Source: Candidatus Omnitrophota bacterium
Lineage (GTDB): Bacteria > Omnitrophota > Gorgyraeia > Gygaellales > Profunditerraquicolaceae
DNA length: 64,000 bases
Assembly (NCBI GenBank): GCA_049517335.1
Contig: JBEKSD010000001.1
Coordinates: 92,776-156,775, forward strand
Reading direction: 5' to 3'
The notes under the pieces were generated by a model, which was not told the DNA's origin, did no database searches, and saw nothing but the letters and a program-made list of their open reading frames with translations. Shown here piece by piece: positions 18,947 through 27,852 of this stretch. Position 1 is the stretch's first letter. Each line of letters starts with the position of its first letter. The position numbers and the translations under genes were made by a program.

Positions 18947-20082
18947 AAATCCTCAAGCATTTTTTTCTAGTCTTAGTAATAGTTAACAATTACGGGTTAC
19001 TGGTTACTGAATCTAAGGCCCAGCCCCAGGATACGATCCGTGTGGCAATAACCCAGGATATTTCTACATTGAATATAAAGGTTTCAGGCCCTTACGAAGT
19101 AACCAACCCGGATACTCACGAAGTTTTATATCAGGGAAGAAACCTAAAAACGACAGTAACAACTTATAAAAACGGAATCCTTATCGGCGAAAAAAGTTTT
19201 AATCGCGACAGGATATTAATTATTCCCAAAGATGAGGGCATAGTTATTATGAATGACCGCACCTTCCGCGGAAGCATCCTGATTATAAAAGATAAAAACG
19301 GCCTGCTTAGCGCGATTAACCGCATAGGGCTGGAAGATTATATCCGCGGCATCCTTTATCATGAGGTTTCGCATTACTGGCCCATGGAAGTATTAAAAGC
19401 TCAGGCCATCGTATCGCGCACCTATGCTCGCTATTCCATGCAGGTGAATAAACTTCAAGAGTTTGACCTGACAAACGATATTTATTCGCAAGTCTACGGC
19501 GGGAGCAGATCCGAACGTTTCCGCACTAATCAGGCAGTTGAGGAAACTGTAGGACGCGTGATTACATTTGAAGGTAAAATAATCCCGGCGTATTTTCACG
19601 CCACCTGTGGAGGACATACGGAAGATGCGTCTTTGCTTTGGAATATAAATATTCCGCCCTTAAAGGGAGTAGCCTGCGGGTTCTGCAAGGATTCCCCGCA
19701 TTTTAACTGGCATGAGGTTATTTTTACCGGAGAGATCAGGCAGGCTCTGGTAAATGCTGGGTACAAAATAGGGGTTATAAAAAAGATATTCCCCTTATCT
19801 AGGGATACCTCGGGAAGAATCAGTGATTTAAAGATAATAAATACCAAAAATGACCTCGTTATTCCGGCCAAGGATTTCAGGAATATCATCGGCCCTAATT
19901 TGATAAGGAGCACGAATTTTAAAGTGAATATCGTAGGGACGGACGCGGTATTTGAAGGTATTGGCTGGGGCCACGGCGTTGGCCTCTGCCAGTGGGGCGC
20001 ATATTTTATGGCGAAGAACGGTTCAAGCGCCGAAGAAATAATCAGATATTATTATCCTAAAACTGATGTGCAAGCTTTCTGA
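18943..20082 (+). CDS. SpoIID/LytB-domain protein
   Basis: Signal peptide plus the YHEVSHYWPMEVLKAQAIVSRTYA and CGGHTE motifs of the SpoIID amidase-enhancer family. Confidence 0.7.
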   Translation: MKILKHFFLVLVIVNNYGLLVTESKAQPQDTIRVAITQDISTLNIKVSGPYEVTNPDTHEVLYQGRNLKTTVTTYKNGILIGEKSFNRDRILIIPKDEGIVIMNDRTFRGSILIIKDKNGLLSAINRIGLEDYIRGILYHEVSHYWPMEVLKAQAIVSRTYARYSMQVNKLQEFDLTNDIYSQVYGGSRSERFRTNQAVEETVGRVITFEGKIIPAYFHATCGGHTEDASLLWNINIPPLKGVACGFCKDSPHFNWHEVIFTGEIRQALVNAGYKIGVIKKIFPLSRDTSGRISDLKIINTKNDLVIPAKDFRNIIGPNLIRSTNFKVNIVGTDAVFEGIGWGHGVGLCQWGAYFMAKNGSSAEEIIRYYYPKTDVQAF

Positions 20083-21058
20083 CTTTGATTATATTCTTCC
20101 CAAAGAATTAATCGCCCAGCATCCTTTAAATGAGCGTGACAGCGCCCGCCTCTTAGTGGTAGAGCGTAAGAGCGGGAATATTAAACATTGTATTTTTAAG
20201 GATTTAACCGGTTTCTTTAAGCCCAATGACCTCCTGGTCCTAAACAACACGAAAGTCATGCCTTGCCGCCTGAAAGGTAAAAGGCGCAGCGGAGGTAAAG
20301 TTGAAGTATTTTTGCTGAAGCAAAAGGAAGGTAAAACTTTTGAAGCCCTGCTTAAGCCGACAAGATTAAAATTAGGGGAGAAGATTAATTTTAACGCTTC
20401 GCCTGTTTACGCCGAGATTTTATCCAGAAATGAAGTGGCATTTAATACGCAGGACTTAAATAAGATTTACGGGCTTGGGGCTATGCCTTTACCGCCTTAT
20501 ATAAAAAGAGAAGCACAAGATTTAGATAATATTTATTATCAGACTATTTATGCTAAAGAGAATGGAGCAGTGGCATCTCCCACAGCCGGCCTGCATTTTA
20601 CGGAAGAACTGCTTAAAAAGATTAATAAAAACGACACAGCTATTTCTTACGTTACTTTGCATGTAGGCTTGGGGACTTTTAAGCCGGTAAAATCCGAAGA
20701 CATTACGCAACATAAAATGGAAAAGGAATATTTTAAGGTTCCGGATGAAACAATAAATGCCGTTACCAAGGCTCGCAAGTTTTTAGGCCGGGTTATTGCC
20801 GTTGGGACCACTAGCTTACGCGCTTTAGAGTCCTTTGCCTTAGGTAAAAAAGAAGGCGAGACGGATTTATTTATTTATCCGGGTTTTGATTTTAAGGTTA
20901 CCGACTGCCTGCTCACTAATTTTCATCTTCCGCGCACCACGCTTTTTATGCTGGTGTGCGCTTTTGCCGGATGCGATTTAATGAAAAAAGCATACCGGGA
21001 AGCAATAGACAATAAATACCGTTTTTACAGCTATGGCGATGCCATGCTTATAATTTAA
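20066..21058 (+). CDS. queA: S-adenosylmethionine:tRNA ribosyltransferase-isomerase
   Basis: FDYILPKELIAQHP start, the LHFTEELL motif, and the C-terminal VGTTSLRALES motif. Confidence 0.9.
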   Translation: MCKLSDFDYILPKELIAQHPLNERDSARLLVVERKSGNIKHCIFKDLTGFFKPNDLLVLNNTKVMPCRLKGKRRSGGKVEVFLLKQKEGKTFEALLKPTRLKLGEKINFNASPVYAEILSRNEVAFNTQDLNKIYGLGAMPLPPYIKREAQDLDNIYYQTIYAKENGAVASPTAGLHFTEELLKKINKNDTAISYVTLHVGLGTFKPVKSEDITQHKMEKEYFKVPDETINAVTKARKFLGRVIAVGTTSLRALESFALGKKEGETDLFIYPGFDFKVTDCLLTNFHLPRTTLFMLVCAFAGCDLMKKAYREAIDNKYRFYSYGDAMLII

Positions 21059-21059
21059 T

Positions 21060-22166
21060 ATGCCTTATACGCTACTACATAAAGATAAAACCGGCAGGGC
21101 GCGTCTCGGCAAACTTAAAACCGCTCACGGAGAAATCAATACTCCCTGTTTTATGCCCGTAGGCACGCACGCTACGGTCAAGGGTATCACCATCCGGCAA
21201 CTGGAAGAATGCGGGGCTGAGATTATGCTTTCCAATGCCTACCACGTATTTTTGCGCCCCGGTTTAGAGATAATCAGGAAAGCAGGCGGGTTGCATAATT
21301 TTATGTCATGGCAGAAGCCGGTTTTGACTGACAGCGGCGGGTATCAGATATTCAGTTTAGCGCTGCTAAGGAAACTGAATGACAAGGGAGTAGAATTCCA
21401 GTCGCATATTGACGGTAAGAAGTATTTTCTTACTCCTGAAGATGTCATTGAAATACAGAATGGCTTGGGTTCGGATATCATCATGCCTCTGGATGAGTGC
21501 GCGCATTACCCCTGCTCAAAAGACCACGCACTTGTAGCAATGGAGAGGACCCTGCTTTGGGCAAAGCGCTCAAAAGCGGTACATAAGAAAAAAGAGCAAC
21601 TCTTATTCGGCATTATTCAGGGCGCAACCTATGAGGACCTGCGCTATGAATGCGCCAAGCAAATCATTGATATGGATTTTGACGGCTTAGCAATAGGCGG
21701 GGTTTCCGTTGGCGAGCCGGGTGATTTGATATATAATATCATTAATACAGTCGTTTCCATATTGCCTGAAGAGAAGGCGCGGTATGTCATGGGCGTAGGC
21801 TACCCTCAGGACATCATTGAAGCTGTGGACAGGGGCGTTGACATGTTTGACTGCGTCGCGCCCACGCGTTTAGGAAGAAACGGCACTGCTTTTACCAGCA
21901 GGGGAAAAATCATCATCAGGAATTCTCCTTTTCAGGATGATTTCCGGCCTTTGGATGAAAAATGCGGCTGTTATGTCTGTAAAACATTTAACCGCGCGTA
22001 CCTGCGCCATTTATTCAACGCCGAAGAGATGCTCGGGTTGATTCTGCTTTCGTATCACAATATTTATTTCTTCCTTGATATGATGCGTAAAGCAAGAAGC
22101 TCAATAGCGCAGGACAGCTTCGCTGAATTTAAGAAAGATTTCCTCAGCAGTTATAATTCAAAGTAA
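21060..22166 (+). CDS. tgt: queuine tRNA-ribosyltransferase
   Basis: [33 protein letters not shown], and the zinc site CGCYVC. Confidence 0.9.
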   Translation: MPYTLLHKDKTGRARLGKLKTAHGEINTPCFMPVGTHATVKGITIRQLEECGAEIMLSNAYHVFLRPGLEIIRKAGGLHNFMSWQKPVLTDSGGYQIFSLALLRKLNDKGVEFQSHIDGKKYFLTPEDVIEIQNGLGSDIIMPLDECAHYPCSKDHALVAMERTLLWAKRSKAVHKKKEQLLFGIIQGATYEDLRYECAKQIIDMDFDGLAIGGVSVGEPGDLIYNIINTVVSILPEEKARYVMGVGYPQDIIEAVDRGVDMFDCVAPTRLGRNGTAFTSRGKIIIRNSPFQDDFRPLDEKCGCYVCKTFNRAYLRHLFNAEEMLGLILLSYHNIYFFLDMMRKARSSIAQDSFAEFKKDFLSSYNSK

Positions 22167-22168
22167 AG

Positions 22169-22879
22169 ATGAAAATAGACATTATTACAATTTTTCCTAA
22201 GATGTTCTCAACTGTTTTAAATGAATCTATCATTAAAAGAGCGCAGGCTAAGGGAAAAGTAAAGTTATGCGTGCATGATTTAAGGGGCTACACTTCTGAT
22301 AAGCACAGAAAGGTAGATGACCGGCCCTTTGGCGGAGGCTCAGGCATGGTCATGGCACCTCAACCCATATTTAATGCACTCAAGGCTTTAACCGGAAACC
22401 GGAAACCGGAAACCGGTAAGCCGTTAGTTATACTGCTTGCGCCTCAAGGCAAAAAACTTAATCATAATCTGGCGAAGAAATTATCCAGACATAAGCACCT
22501 TATATTAATCTGCGGCCATTACGAGGGTATTGATGAACGGGTAAAAGAGGCTTTGGCAGACGAAGTGATTTCTATCGGGGATTATGTCTTAACCGGAGGG
22601 GAACTTCCGGCAATGGTTCTGGTGGACGCTATAGTCAGGCTTATCCCTGGAGTCTTAGGAGACAAAAATTCCTTGAATTTTGAGTCATTTGAAGGTAACC
22701 TATTAGAATATCCTCACTATACAAGGCCTGCCATTTTTAAGGGAATGAGCGTTCCGGCTGTTCTCTTGTCAGGCGATCATAAGAAAATTGAGGCCTGGAG
22801 AAGGAAAGAAGCGCTGAAATTAACCAAACAAAGAAGGCCGGATTTACTTAAAAAATTAAAGGAGAAAAGAAATGGATAA
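22169..22879 (+). CDS. trmD: tRNA (guanine37-N1)-methyltransferase
   Basis: [10 protein letters not shown] start and the [13 protein letters not shown] motif. It contains an in-frame AACCGGA x3 heptamer repeat at 22391-22414. Confidence 0.9.
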   Translation: MKIDIITIFPKMFSTVLNESIIKRAQAKGKVKLCVHDLRGYTSDKHRKVDDRPFGGGSGMVMAPQPIFNALKALTGNRKPETGKPLVILLAPQGKKLNHNLAKKLSRHKHLILICGHYEGIDERVKEALADEVISIGDYVLTGGELPAMVLVDAIVRLIPGVLGDKNSLNFESFEGNLLEYPHYTRPAIFKGMSVPAVLLSGDHKKIEAWRRKEALKLTKQRRPDLLKKLKEKRNG

Positions 22880-23228
22880 GCTGAAATTAATTGAAGCCGG
22901 TTTAGTAAGAAAAGATCTGTCGAAACTTAACGTGGGAGATACGGTGAAAGTCATGGTTAAGATTCCCGAAGGCCCGGATAAGATTAGGCTGCACCCTTTT
23001 GAGGGCGTGGTCATTTCCAGAGACGGCTCAGGCATAAGGGAAAGCTTTACAGTGAGGAAAGTATCTTACGGCGAAGGCATTGAGCGTGTTTTCCCAGTTA
23101 ATTCACCCAGCATAGACAGTATTGAAATTGTACGTTCGGGAAAGGTAAGACGGGCTAAACTTTACTATTTAAGAAGCAAGGTCGGCAAGCGCGCAACGAA
23201 GATAGAAGAAAAAGAAACAAAAGAATAA
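22872..23228 (+). CDS. rplS: 50S ribosomal protein L19
   Basis: [21 protein letters not shown] and the conserved trmD-rplS linkage. Confidence 0.9.
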   Translation: MDKLKLIEAGLVRKDLSKLNVGDTVKVMVKIPEGPDKIRLHPFEGVVISRDGSGIRESFTVRKVSYGEGIERVFPVNSPSIDSIEIVRSGKVRRAKLYYLRSKVGKRATKIEEKETKE

Positions 23229-23241
23229 GGCCGTAACCGCT

Positions 23242-23850
23242 GTGTTTACTTACGAACGCCTGCTTAAAAAACACGGATTTGATATCATCATTGGAGTAGA
23301 TGAAGCAGGGCGCGGCCCGTTAGCCGGACCGGTTGTGGCAGCGGCAGTAAGGCTGATTTCGCACCGTTTTAATAACCGCATAGACGATTCCAAAAAATTA
23401 TCAGCCGCAAAAAGAGAAAGAGCCTATTTAGAGATCATTGATAAATGCATTTTTGGCATAGGCATAGTAGATGAAAAGGAGATTGACGCCATCAATATCC
23501 TGGAAGCATCTCGCCTAGCCATGCAGAAAGCAGTTCTTTTGTTAATTGATAAGCTCGGCGAAAATTGCGATTATAAGCGCGTCTTTATTATAGCCGACGG
23601 AAATATGTCTTTAAATATAAGCCTTCCTGTTTTAAGTATTATAAAAGGGGATTGCAAATCCATAAGCATCGCATCTGCTTCTATAATCGCAAAAGTTACC
23701 CGCGACCGCATCATGAAATTATACGACAGGGCTTATCCTCAATATGGATTCTTAAAACATAAAGGCTATCCTACGGCTGAGCACAGGAAATGCTTAAAGG
23801 ATATTGGGCCTTCTCCGATACACAGAAAGAGCTTTAGCTTTGCCTGTTAA
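23242..23850 (+). CDS. rnhB: ribonuclease HII
   Basis: IGVDEAGRGPLAGPVVAAAV and the DDSKKL motif. Confidence 0.85.
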   Translation: MFTYERLLKKHGFDIIIGVDEAGRGPLAGPVVAAAVRLISHRFNNRIDDSKKLSAAKRERAYLEIIDKCIFGIGIVDEKEIDAINILEASRLAMQKAVLLLIDKLGENCDYKRVFIIADGNMSLNISLPVLSIIKGDCKSISIASASIIAKVTRDRIMKLYDRAYPQYGFLKHKGYPTAEHRKCLKDIGPSPIHRKSFSFAC

Positions 23851-23860
23851 AATCATATAC

Positions 23861-23889
23861 TTGTGGAAAATAAAATTAGGTTGTATACT
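23861..23889 (+). promoter_or_regulatory. sigma70-like promoter, TTGTGG-17nt-TATACT
   Basis: Hexamers at 23861-66 and 23884-89, in the 68-bp gap before the fchA-like/folD pair. Confidence 0.4.
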
Positions 23890-23918
23890 AAAACCCAACT
23901 TATTCGCAGAAAAAAACT

Positions 23919-24482
23919 ATGAGCTATAAAAACGAGACTTTAAGAAAATACCTTGATGATTTAGCGGCTAAACTTCCTGCTCCCGGAGGTGGTTCAGCGT
24001 TGGCAATGAACGCGGCTTTAGGCGCGAGCTTAATCACTATGGTTATAAATTTCACCCTCGGCAAGCCAAAATACGCTAAATATGAAACGGAGCTGAAAAA
24101 AGATTTGATAAAATCCGAGAAATTAAGGGATGAATTTCTGCACTTGGTAGATTTGGATATCGCAGCTTATAATAGTAAGGATGCGCGTAAAGCGCTGAAT
24201 GTCCCTTTTATGGTTAGCCGCCTTTGTTTTGAGGGCATAAAACTTTGCCCTGAGCTGGTAAAGAAGGGTAACGTTAATTTAATCAGCGATGTGGTGGTAG
24301 CGGCCATACTTTTAGAAAGCGCTTTTGTGAGCGCGTATTTTAACGTTGAAATAAACTTAAAAATTTTAGAGGATAAGGAATTAAGCAGGACAATAAGAAA
24401 AGAACTGGCGATAAAGAGGAAAGAAATTACTAAAATCAGGCTAAAAACGGAGGAAAAAGTTGGCGAAATTATTAGAGGGTAA
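23919..24482 (+). CDS. cyclodeaminase/cyclohydrolase-family protein (FchA-like methenyl-THF cyclohydrolase)
   Basis: The LPAPGGGSALAMNAALGASL motif of the formiminotransferase-cyclodeaminase domain. It overlaps folD downstream. Confidence 0.65.
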   Translation: MSYKNETLRKYLDDLAAKLPAPGGGSALAMNAALGASLITMVINFTLGKPKYAKYETELKKDLIKSEKLRDEFLHLVDLDIAAYNSKDARKALNVPFMVSRLCFEGIKLCPELVKKGNVNLISDVVVAAILLESAFVSAYFNVEINLKILEDKELSRTIRKELAIKRKEITKIRLKTEEKVGEIIRG

Positions 24483-25302
24483 ACCCATTGCGGAAAAAAT
24501 AAAGGAAGAAATACGCTCGGAAGTTGCCGCATTAAAGATACGCCCGGTTTTAGCATCCATACAAATCGGAGAGAATGCCGGAGCCGCTGCTTACGTAAAA
24601 TCGCAGGCTAAAGTTGCCGAGAGTTTAGGCATTGAATACCAATTGCATAAATTGGCAGCGGAAACAGCCGAAACGCATTTAATTGATTTTATCCAGAAAT
24701 TAAATCTGAATAAATCAGTGCACGGAATAATCGTGCAGATGCCCCTTCCCGCGGGAATAGATTATAAAAAAATAAGCCAGTATATTGAGCCGAAGAAGGA
24801 CGTAGAAGGGATGCATCCGGCTAATATCGGTAAGCTTATTTTCGGCAAGGCAAAGTTAGCCCCTTGCACCGCAGCTTCGGTAATGGAATTAATAAACTCA
24901 ACCGGCGTTGATTTATACGGAAAAGAAGTTGTTATCGTAGGCCACAGCGAGATAGTAGGTAAACCGCTTGCTCTTTTATTGCTTGAAAAGTTTGCCACGG
25001 TTACAGTCTGTCATATCGGCACCAGCAAAGCAGGCAAACTTGAGGAGCATGTTAAAAAAGCTGAGGTCCTAATCGTGGCAGTGGGTAAAGCCGGCCTGAT
25101 TAAAGGGAATTTAGTTAAAGAAGGTGCTATCGTTATTGATGTCGGTATTAACCGCGTTGCGGATAAAATAGTCGGGGATGTGGAGTTTGAGGAGGCAGAG
25201 AAGCGTGTCTCCTATATTACGCCGGTTCCCAGAGGCGTCGGCCCGCTGACCGTGACTATGTTGATGCGCAATTTAGTTGAGACAGCCAAGTTGCAACAAT
25301 AG
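24460..25302 (+). CDS. folD: bifunctional methylene-THF dehydrogenase / methenyl-THF cyclohydrolase
   Basis: Rossmann motif VVIVGHSEIVGKPLALLL, and the PVPRGVGPLTVTMLMRN C-terminus. Confidence 0.9.
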   Translation: MAKLLEGKPIAEKIKEEIRSEVAALKIRPVLASIQIGENAGAAAYVKSQAKVAESLGIEYQLHKLAAETAETHLIDFIQKLNLNKSVHGIIVQMPLPAGIDYKKISQYIEPKKDVEGMHPANIGKLIFGKAKLAPCTAASVMELINSTGVDLYGKEVVIVGHSEIVGKPLALLLLEKFATVTVCHIGTSKAGKLEEHVKKAEVLIVAVGKAGLIKGNLVKEGAIVIDVGINRVADKIVGDVEFEEAEKRVSYITPVPRGVGPLTVTMLMRNLVETAKLQQ

Positions 25303-25632
25303 ATGAAAACCATAGCTTTATTGACCATATCCAATGTCTTTATGACATTTGCTTGGTACGGTCATTTGAAGTTTAAGAATTCACCCCTATGGATTGTAGT
25401 TTTAGTAAGCTGGGGAATCGCGCTTTTTGAGTATTGTTTTCAGGTGCCGGCAAACCGCATCGGCCACTACCGTTATTCCGCAGCCCAGCTTAAGACCATT
25501 CAGGAAGTTATTACGCTGGTAGTTTTCAGCGTCTTTTCAATATTATACCTCAAGGAAGAATTCCGCTGGAACTACGCGGTTGGTTTCTTATGTATCTTAG
25601 CGGCAGTATTTTTTATCTTTAAAAAGTGGTAA
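25303..25632 (+). CDS. DMT-superfamily small membrane protein (DUF486-like)
   Basis: 109 aa with about three TM segments and a FEYCFQVPANRIG motif. Confidence 0.55.
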   Translation: MKTIALLTISNVFMTFAWYGHLKFKNSPLWIVVLVSWGIALFEYCFQVPANRIGHYRYSAAQLKTIQEVITLVVFSVFSILYLKEEFRWNYAVGFLCILAAVFFIFKKW

Positions 25633-25850
25633 ATTTTTGCGGGTCCTGTCGAGTCGCATTTTCGCAGGATTCGTTTAGATTTTTCCTCCGCTTTGCGGGG
25701 TCGGCAAAGACTTTTCGTATTTTTGGCGGCTGCGGAACTCGCGCCTCGAGCTCTGGCTCTCGGCGCCCAAACATCCTCACCGTTCCGGTGTTGTCGCTTC
25801 GCTCCACCGGGATTCCCAAAAATACTCAAGTTCTTTGCCTAAGAATCTAA
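25633..25850. other. GC-rich non-coding block, candidate structured RNA of unassigned family
   Basis: About 220 nt visibly richer in G+C than the flanks, with many short hairpins (CCGCTTTGCGG, CACCGTTCCGGTG, GGCGCC/GAGCTC palindromes). The only ORFs are Arg-rich reads of GC-rich sequence. I could not recognise a tRNA, tmRNA, SRP or RNase P signature. Confidence 0.25.
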
Positions 25851-25930
25851 ATTCGCTCGAAATCACGACAGATTCATTAAGGATATTTGTTCTGAATTAG
25901 GTATCGTGTCTCTGGAATTATGTTGGAAAC

Positions 25931-25952
25931 CTATAAACTACACGGCAGATAG
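25931..25952 (+). repeat. 22-bp direct repeat, left copy (CTATAAACTACACGGCAGATAG)
   Basis: 19/22 identical to the copy at 26446-26467. It ends 6 bp before the ATG of the PIN-like ORF. Confidence 0.6.
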
Positions 25953-25958
25953 ACTATT

Positions 25959-26445
25959 ATGGCTTTAAAAATAACATTAGATACAAATTGTCTTTTTGAT
26001 TATTTTGAACGTAATCCTCAATATATTGAAAAGTTAATAGAGTTTCAGAACGAGGGTAAAATAGAACTTGCAATTACAACAAGAGTTCAAGCTGACACTT
26101 TCGGTAAAAGAGAAGATAGCCCTATTTGGCAGAAAAATAAAATCCTTTCCCTGTATTACAATTGGGAGTATTGGAAGGCACGATGTTTCTTATTATGATA
26201 GTGGTGATGTTTATGCAGGCGACGATGATAATTTGCAGGATTTAATTCAATCTTGCATAGGGAATGACGTAAAAAGAATCATCGATGTCGACCATCTGAT
26301 TGCTCACATTATTAATAAGAGAGATATTTTTGTAACGAGCGATACTGACGATTTTATAAAACACAGAGATTGTTTGGAGCAAAAGTGTAGTATCAAGATT
26401 ATGACTCCAGAAGAATGTATCAATTTTCTGAAAAGTCAAACATAG
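25959..26445 (+). pseudogene. PIN-like nuclease gene split by a frameshift
   Basis: Frame A (25959..26198) begins MALKITLDTNCLFDYF..ELAITT, which gives PIN N-terminal Asp and Glu positions. Frame B (to 26445) carries DVDHLIAHIINKRDIFVTSDTDDF, a PIN C-terminal acidic motif. The frames can be joined by a 1-nt slip in the A-run GCAGAAAAATAAAAT near 26130-26145. The islet is locally AT-rich. Confidence 0.55.
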
Positions 26446-26467
26446 CTATAAACTATACGGCACGTAG
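26446..26467 (+). repeat. 22-bp direct repeat, right copy (CTATAAACTATACGGCACGTAG)
   Basis: Begins 1 bp after the stop of the PIN-like ORF. It pairs with the 25931-25952 copy. Confidence 0.6.
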
Positions 26468-26515
26468 CCCAAAGGTTAGTGGTTATTTTATAAAATTTTA
26501 GGAGTTTTGGCTTGA

Positions 26516-26538
26516 GCGTGCGTTAAAATTTTTGGCAC
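26516..26538. promoter_or_regulatory. palindromic operator-like site GCGTGCgttAAAATTTTTgGCAC (site 1)
   Basis: Dyad-symmetric GTGC..AAAATTTTT..GCAC. A second near-identical copy lies about 112 bp downstream. Confidence 0.35.
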
Positions 26539-26632
26539 AGCTATTAAAACACAGTCTGCAAGGATTTACGACGAGCTAAGGCGTGAGAATGCGATAGTCT
26601 AATCGAAAGCGAGGAGTAAACCGCGGCAGACG

Positions 26633-26653
26633 GCAAAAATTTTTAGCACGCGG
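26633..26653. promoter_or_regulatory. operator-like site GCAAAAATTTTTaGCACGCgg (site 2), 35 bp upstream of the prepilin-like ORF
   Basis: Shares the AAAATTTTT(G/A)GCAC core with site 1, and the GCGTGC/GCACGC ends are mutually inverted. It sits where a promoter for the 26688 ORF would lie. Confidence 0.35.
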
Positions 26654-26687
26654 AAGACAAAACGCCTAAAAGGAAAATAAGACAAAG

Positions 26688-26933
26688 ATGAAGAAGATTA
26701 AAACTGGTTTTATGCTTATAGAGTTCTTGTTGGTTCTGGTGATAATTATGTTTGTTGTATTCAAGGTATGGGATATTTATTTTAAGAAGCCGGCCTTGAA
26801 CAAAGAGACCCAAAAAGTTATGACTGAGCAAGGCGTAGACACTACAAATTATAAAACAATTAGTGATAGCATCAAAAATAAGGTAGAGGATATTCAAAGT
26901 CAGCATATTAATGAGCTGATGAAAATACAATAG
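26688..26933 (+). CDS. prepilin-like small protein (type IV pilin N-terminal cleavage/methylation motif)
   Basis: MKKIKTG|FMLIEFLLVLVIIMFVV matches the class III signal G/F-x-x-x-E followed by a hydrophobic helix. Only 81 aa. No other pilus genes are adjacent. Confidence 0.5.
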   Translation: MKKIKTGFMLIEFLLVLVIIMFVVFKVWDIYFKKPALNKETQKVMTEQGVDTTNYKTISDSIKNKVEDIQSQHINELMKIQ

Positions 26934-26980
26934 AGCGGAAATACCCTTGCAGCTTTAGATATTTATGGTAAAATTTTGCA

Positions 26981-27850
26981 ATGACCTTTAAAGAAAAATT
27001 ATTAGCAGGAAAATTCGTAGTTACCTCGGAAATCGGCCCGCCAAAGGGTATTGAAACCCATAAATTATTGGAAGACGCCGAGCTTGTGCGCGGTAGGGTT
27101 GACGGAATCAATGTCACGGACCTACAGAGTTCAGTGATGCGGCTTGGATCGCTTGTTGTCTGCAGCCTCTTAAAACAAAAAGGCTTTGAGCCGATATTCC
27201 AGATTACCTGCCGCGACAGGAACCGCTTGGCGCTGCAATCTGATATTTTATCCGCAGCTGCCTTAGGTATAGAAAATTTGTTGATTTTAACCGGCGACCA
27301 TACCACCATGGGCGACCATCCTGAGGCAAAGCCGGTATTTGATTTGGATTCGGTGCAGCTTTTAGAGGTGGTGCGTAAACTCCAGGCAGGCACAGATATG
27401 AAAGGTAATAAACTGGAAGGCGCTGCGCCGAAATTTTGCGTGGGCGCGGTAGTCAATCCGGGCGCAGACCCTATTGAGCCGCAGATTCTTAAAATGGAGA
27501 AAAAAATAGAAGCCGGAGCGCAATTTTTTCAGACCCAGGCCATTTATGATATAAGAATATTTGAAAATTTTTTAAGCAAAGTCAAACATCTTAAAGTCCC
27601 CATTTTGGGCGGGATAGTATTATTGAAGTCCGCGGGTATGGCGCGTTTCATGAATAAAAATGTTGCCGGCGTAAGCGTGCCGGATAATTTGATTAAAGAA
27701 ATGGAAGAAACAAAAGATAAAGTTGCAAAATCCGTTGATATTGCCTCAAGGCTGATTAAAGAATTAAAACCCCTCTGTCAGGGCATACATATTATGCCCA
27801 TAGGCTGGGATACAAAAGTACCGTTAGTGTTAGACGCATCAGGATTGTAA
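26981..27850 (+). CDS. metF: methylenetetrahydrofolate reductase (MetF-family)
   Basis: FVVTSEIGPPKG, INVTD, and the overall MTHFR TIM-barrel pattern. It ends 2 bp before acsB. Confidence 0.75.
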   Translation: MTFKEKLLAGKFVVTSEIGPPKGIETHKLLEDAELVRGRVDGINVTDLQSSVMRLGSLVVCSLLKQKGFEPIFQITCRDRNRLALQSDILSAAALGIENLLILTGDHTTMGDHPEAKPVFDLDSVQLLEVVRKLQAGTDMKGNKLEGAAPKFCVGAVVNPGADPIEPQILKMEKKIEAGAQFFQTQAIYDIRIFENFLSKVKHLKVPILGGIVLLKSAGMARFMNKNVAGVSVPDNLIKEMEETKDKVAKSVDIASRLIKELKPLCQGIHIMPIGWDTKVPLVLDASGL

Positions 27851-27852
27851 TT

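Noticed and set aside
25572-25850. ORFs 25572..25829(-), 25619..25819(-) and 25626..25850(+) in the GC-rich block
   Set aside because: The Arg/Pro/Ala-rich translations are what GC-rich non-coding sequence typically yields. There is no RBS, they overlap each other in three frames, and they have no family resemblance.
25633-25958. Possible tRNA or tmRNA gene serving as an integration site for the islet
   Set aside because: I looked on both strands for a T-arm (GTTCRANYC) with a 7-bp acceptor and CCA, and for a tmRNA tag-peptide frame, and found neither. The idea survives only as the unassigned structured-RNA candidate.
26643-27456. Minus-strand ORFs 26643..26930 and 26908..27456
   Set aside because: They are antisense to the prepilin-like ORF and to metF. 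They have no RBS, and their low-complexity translations look like shadow ORFs.
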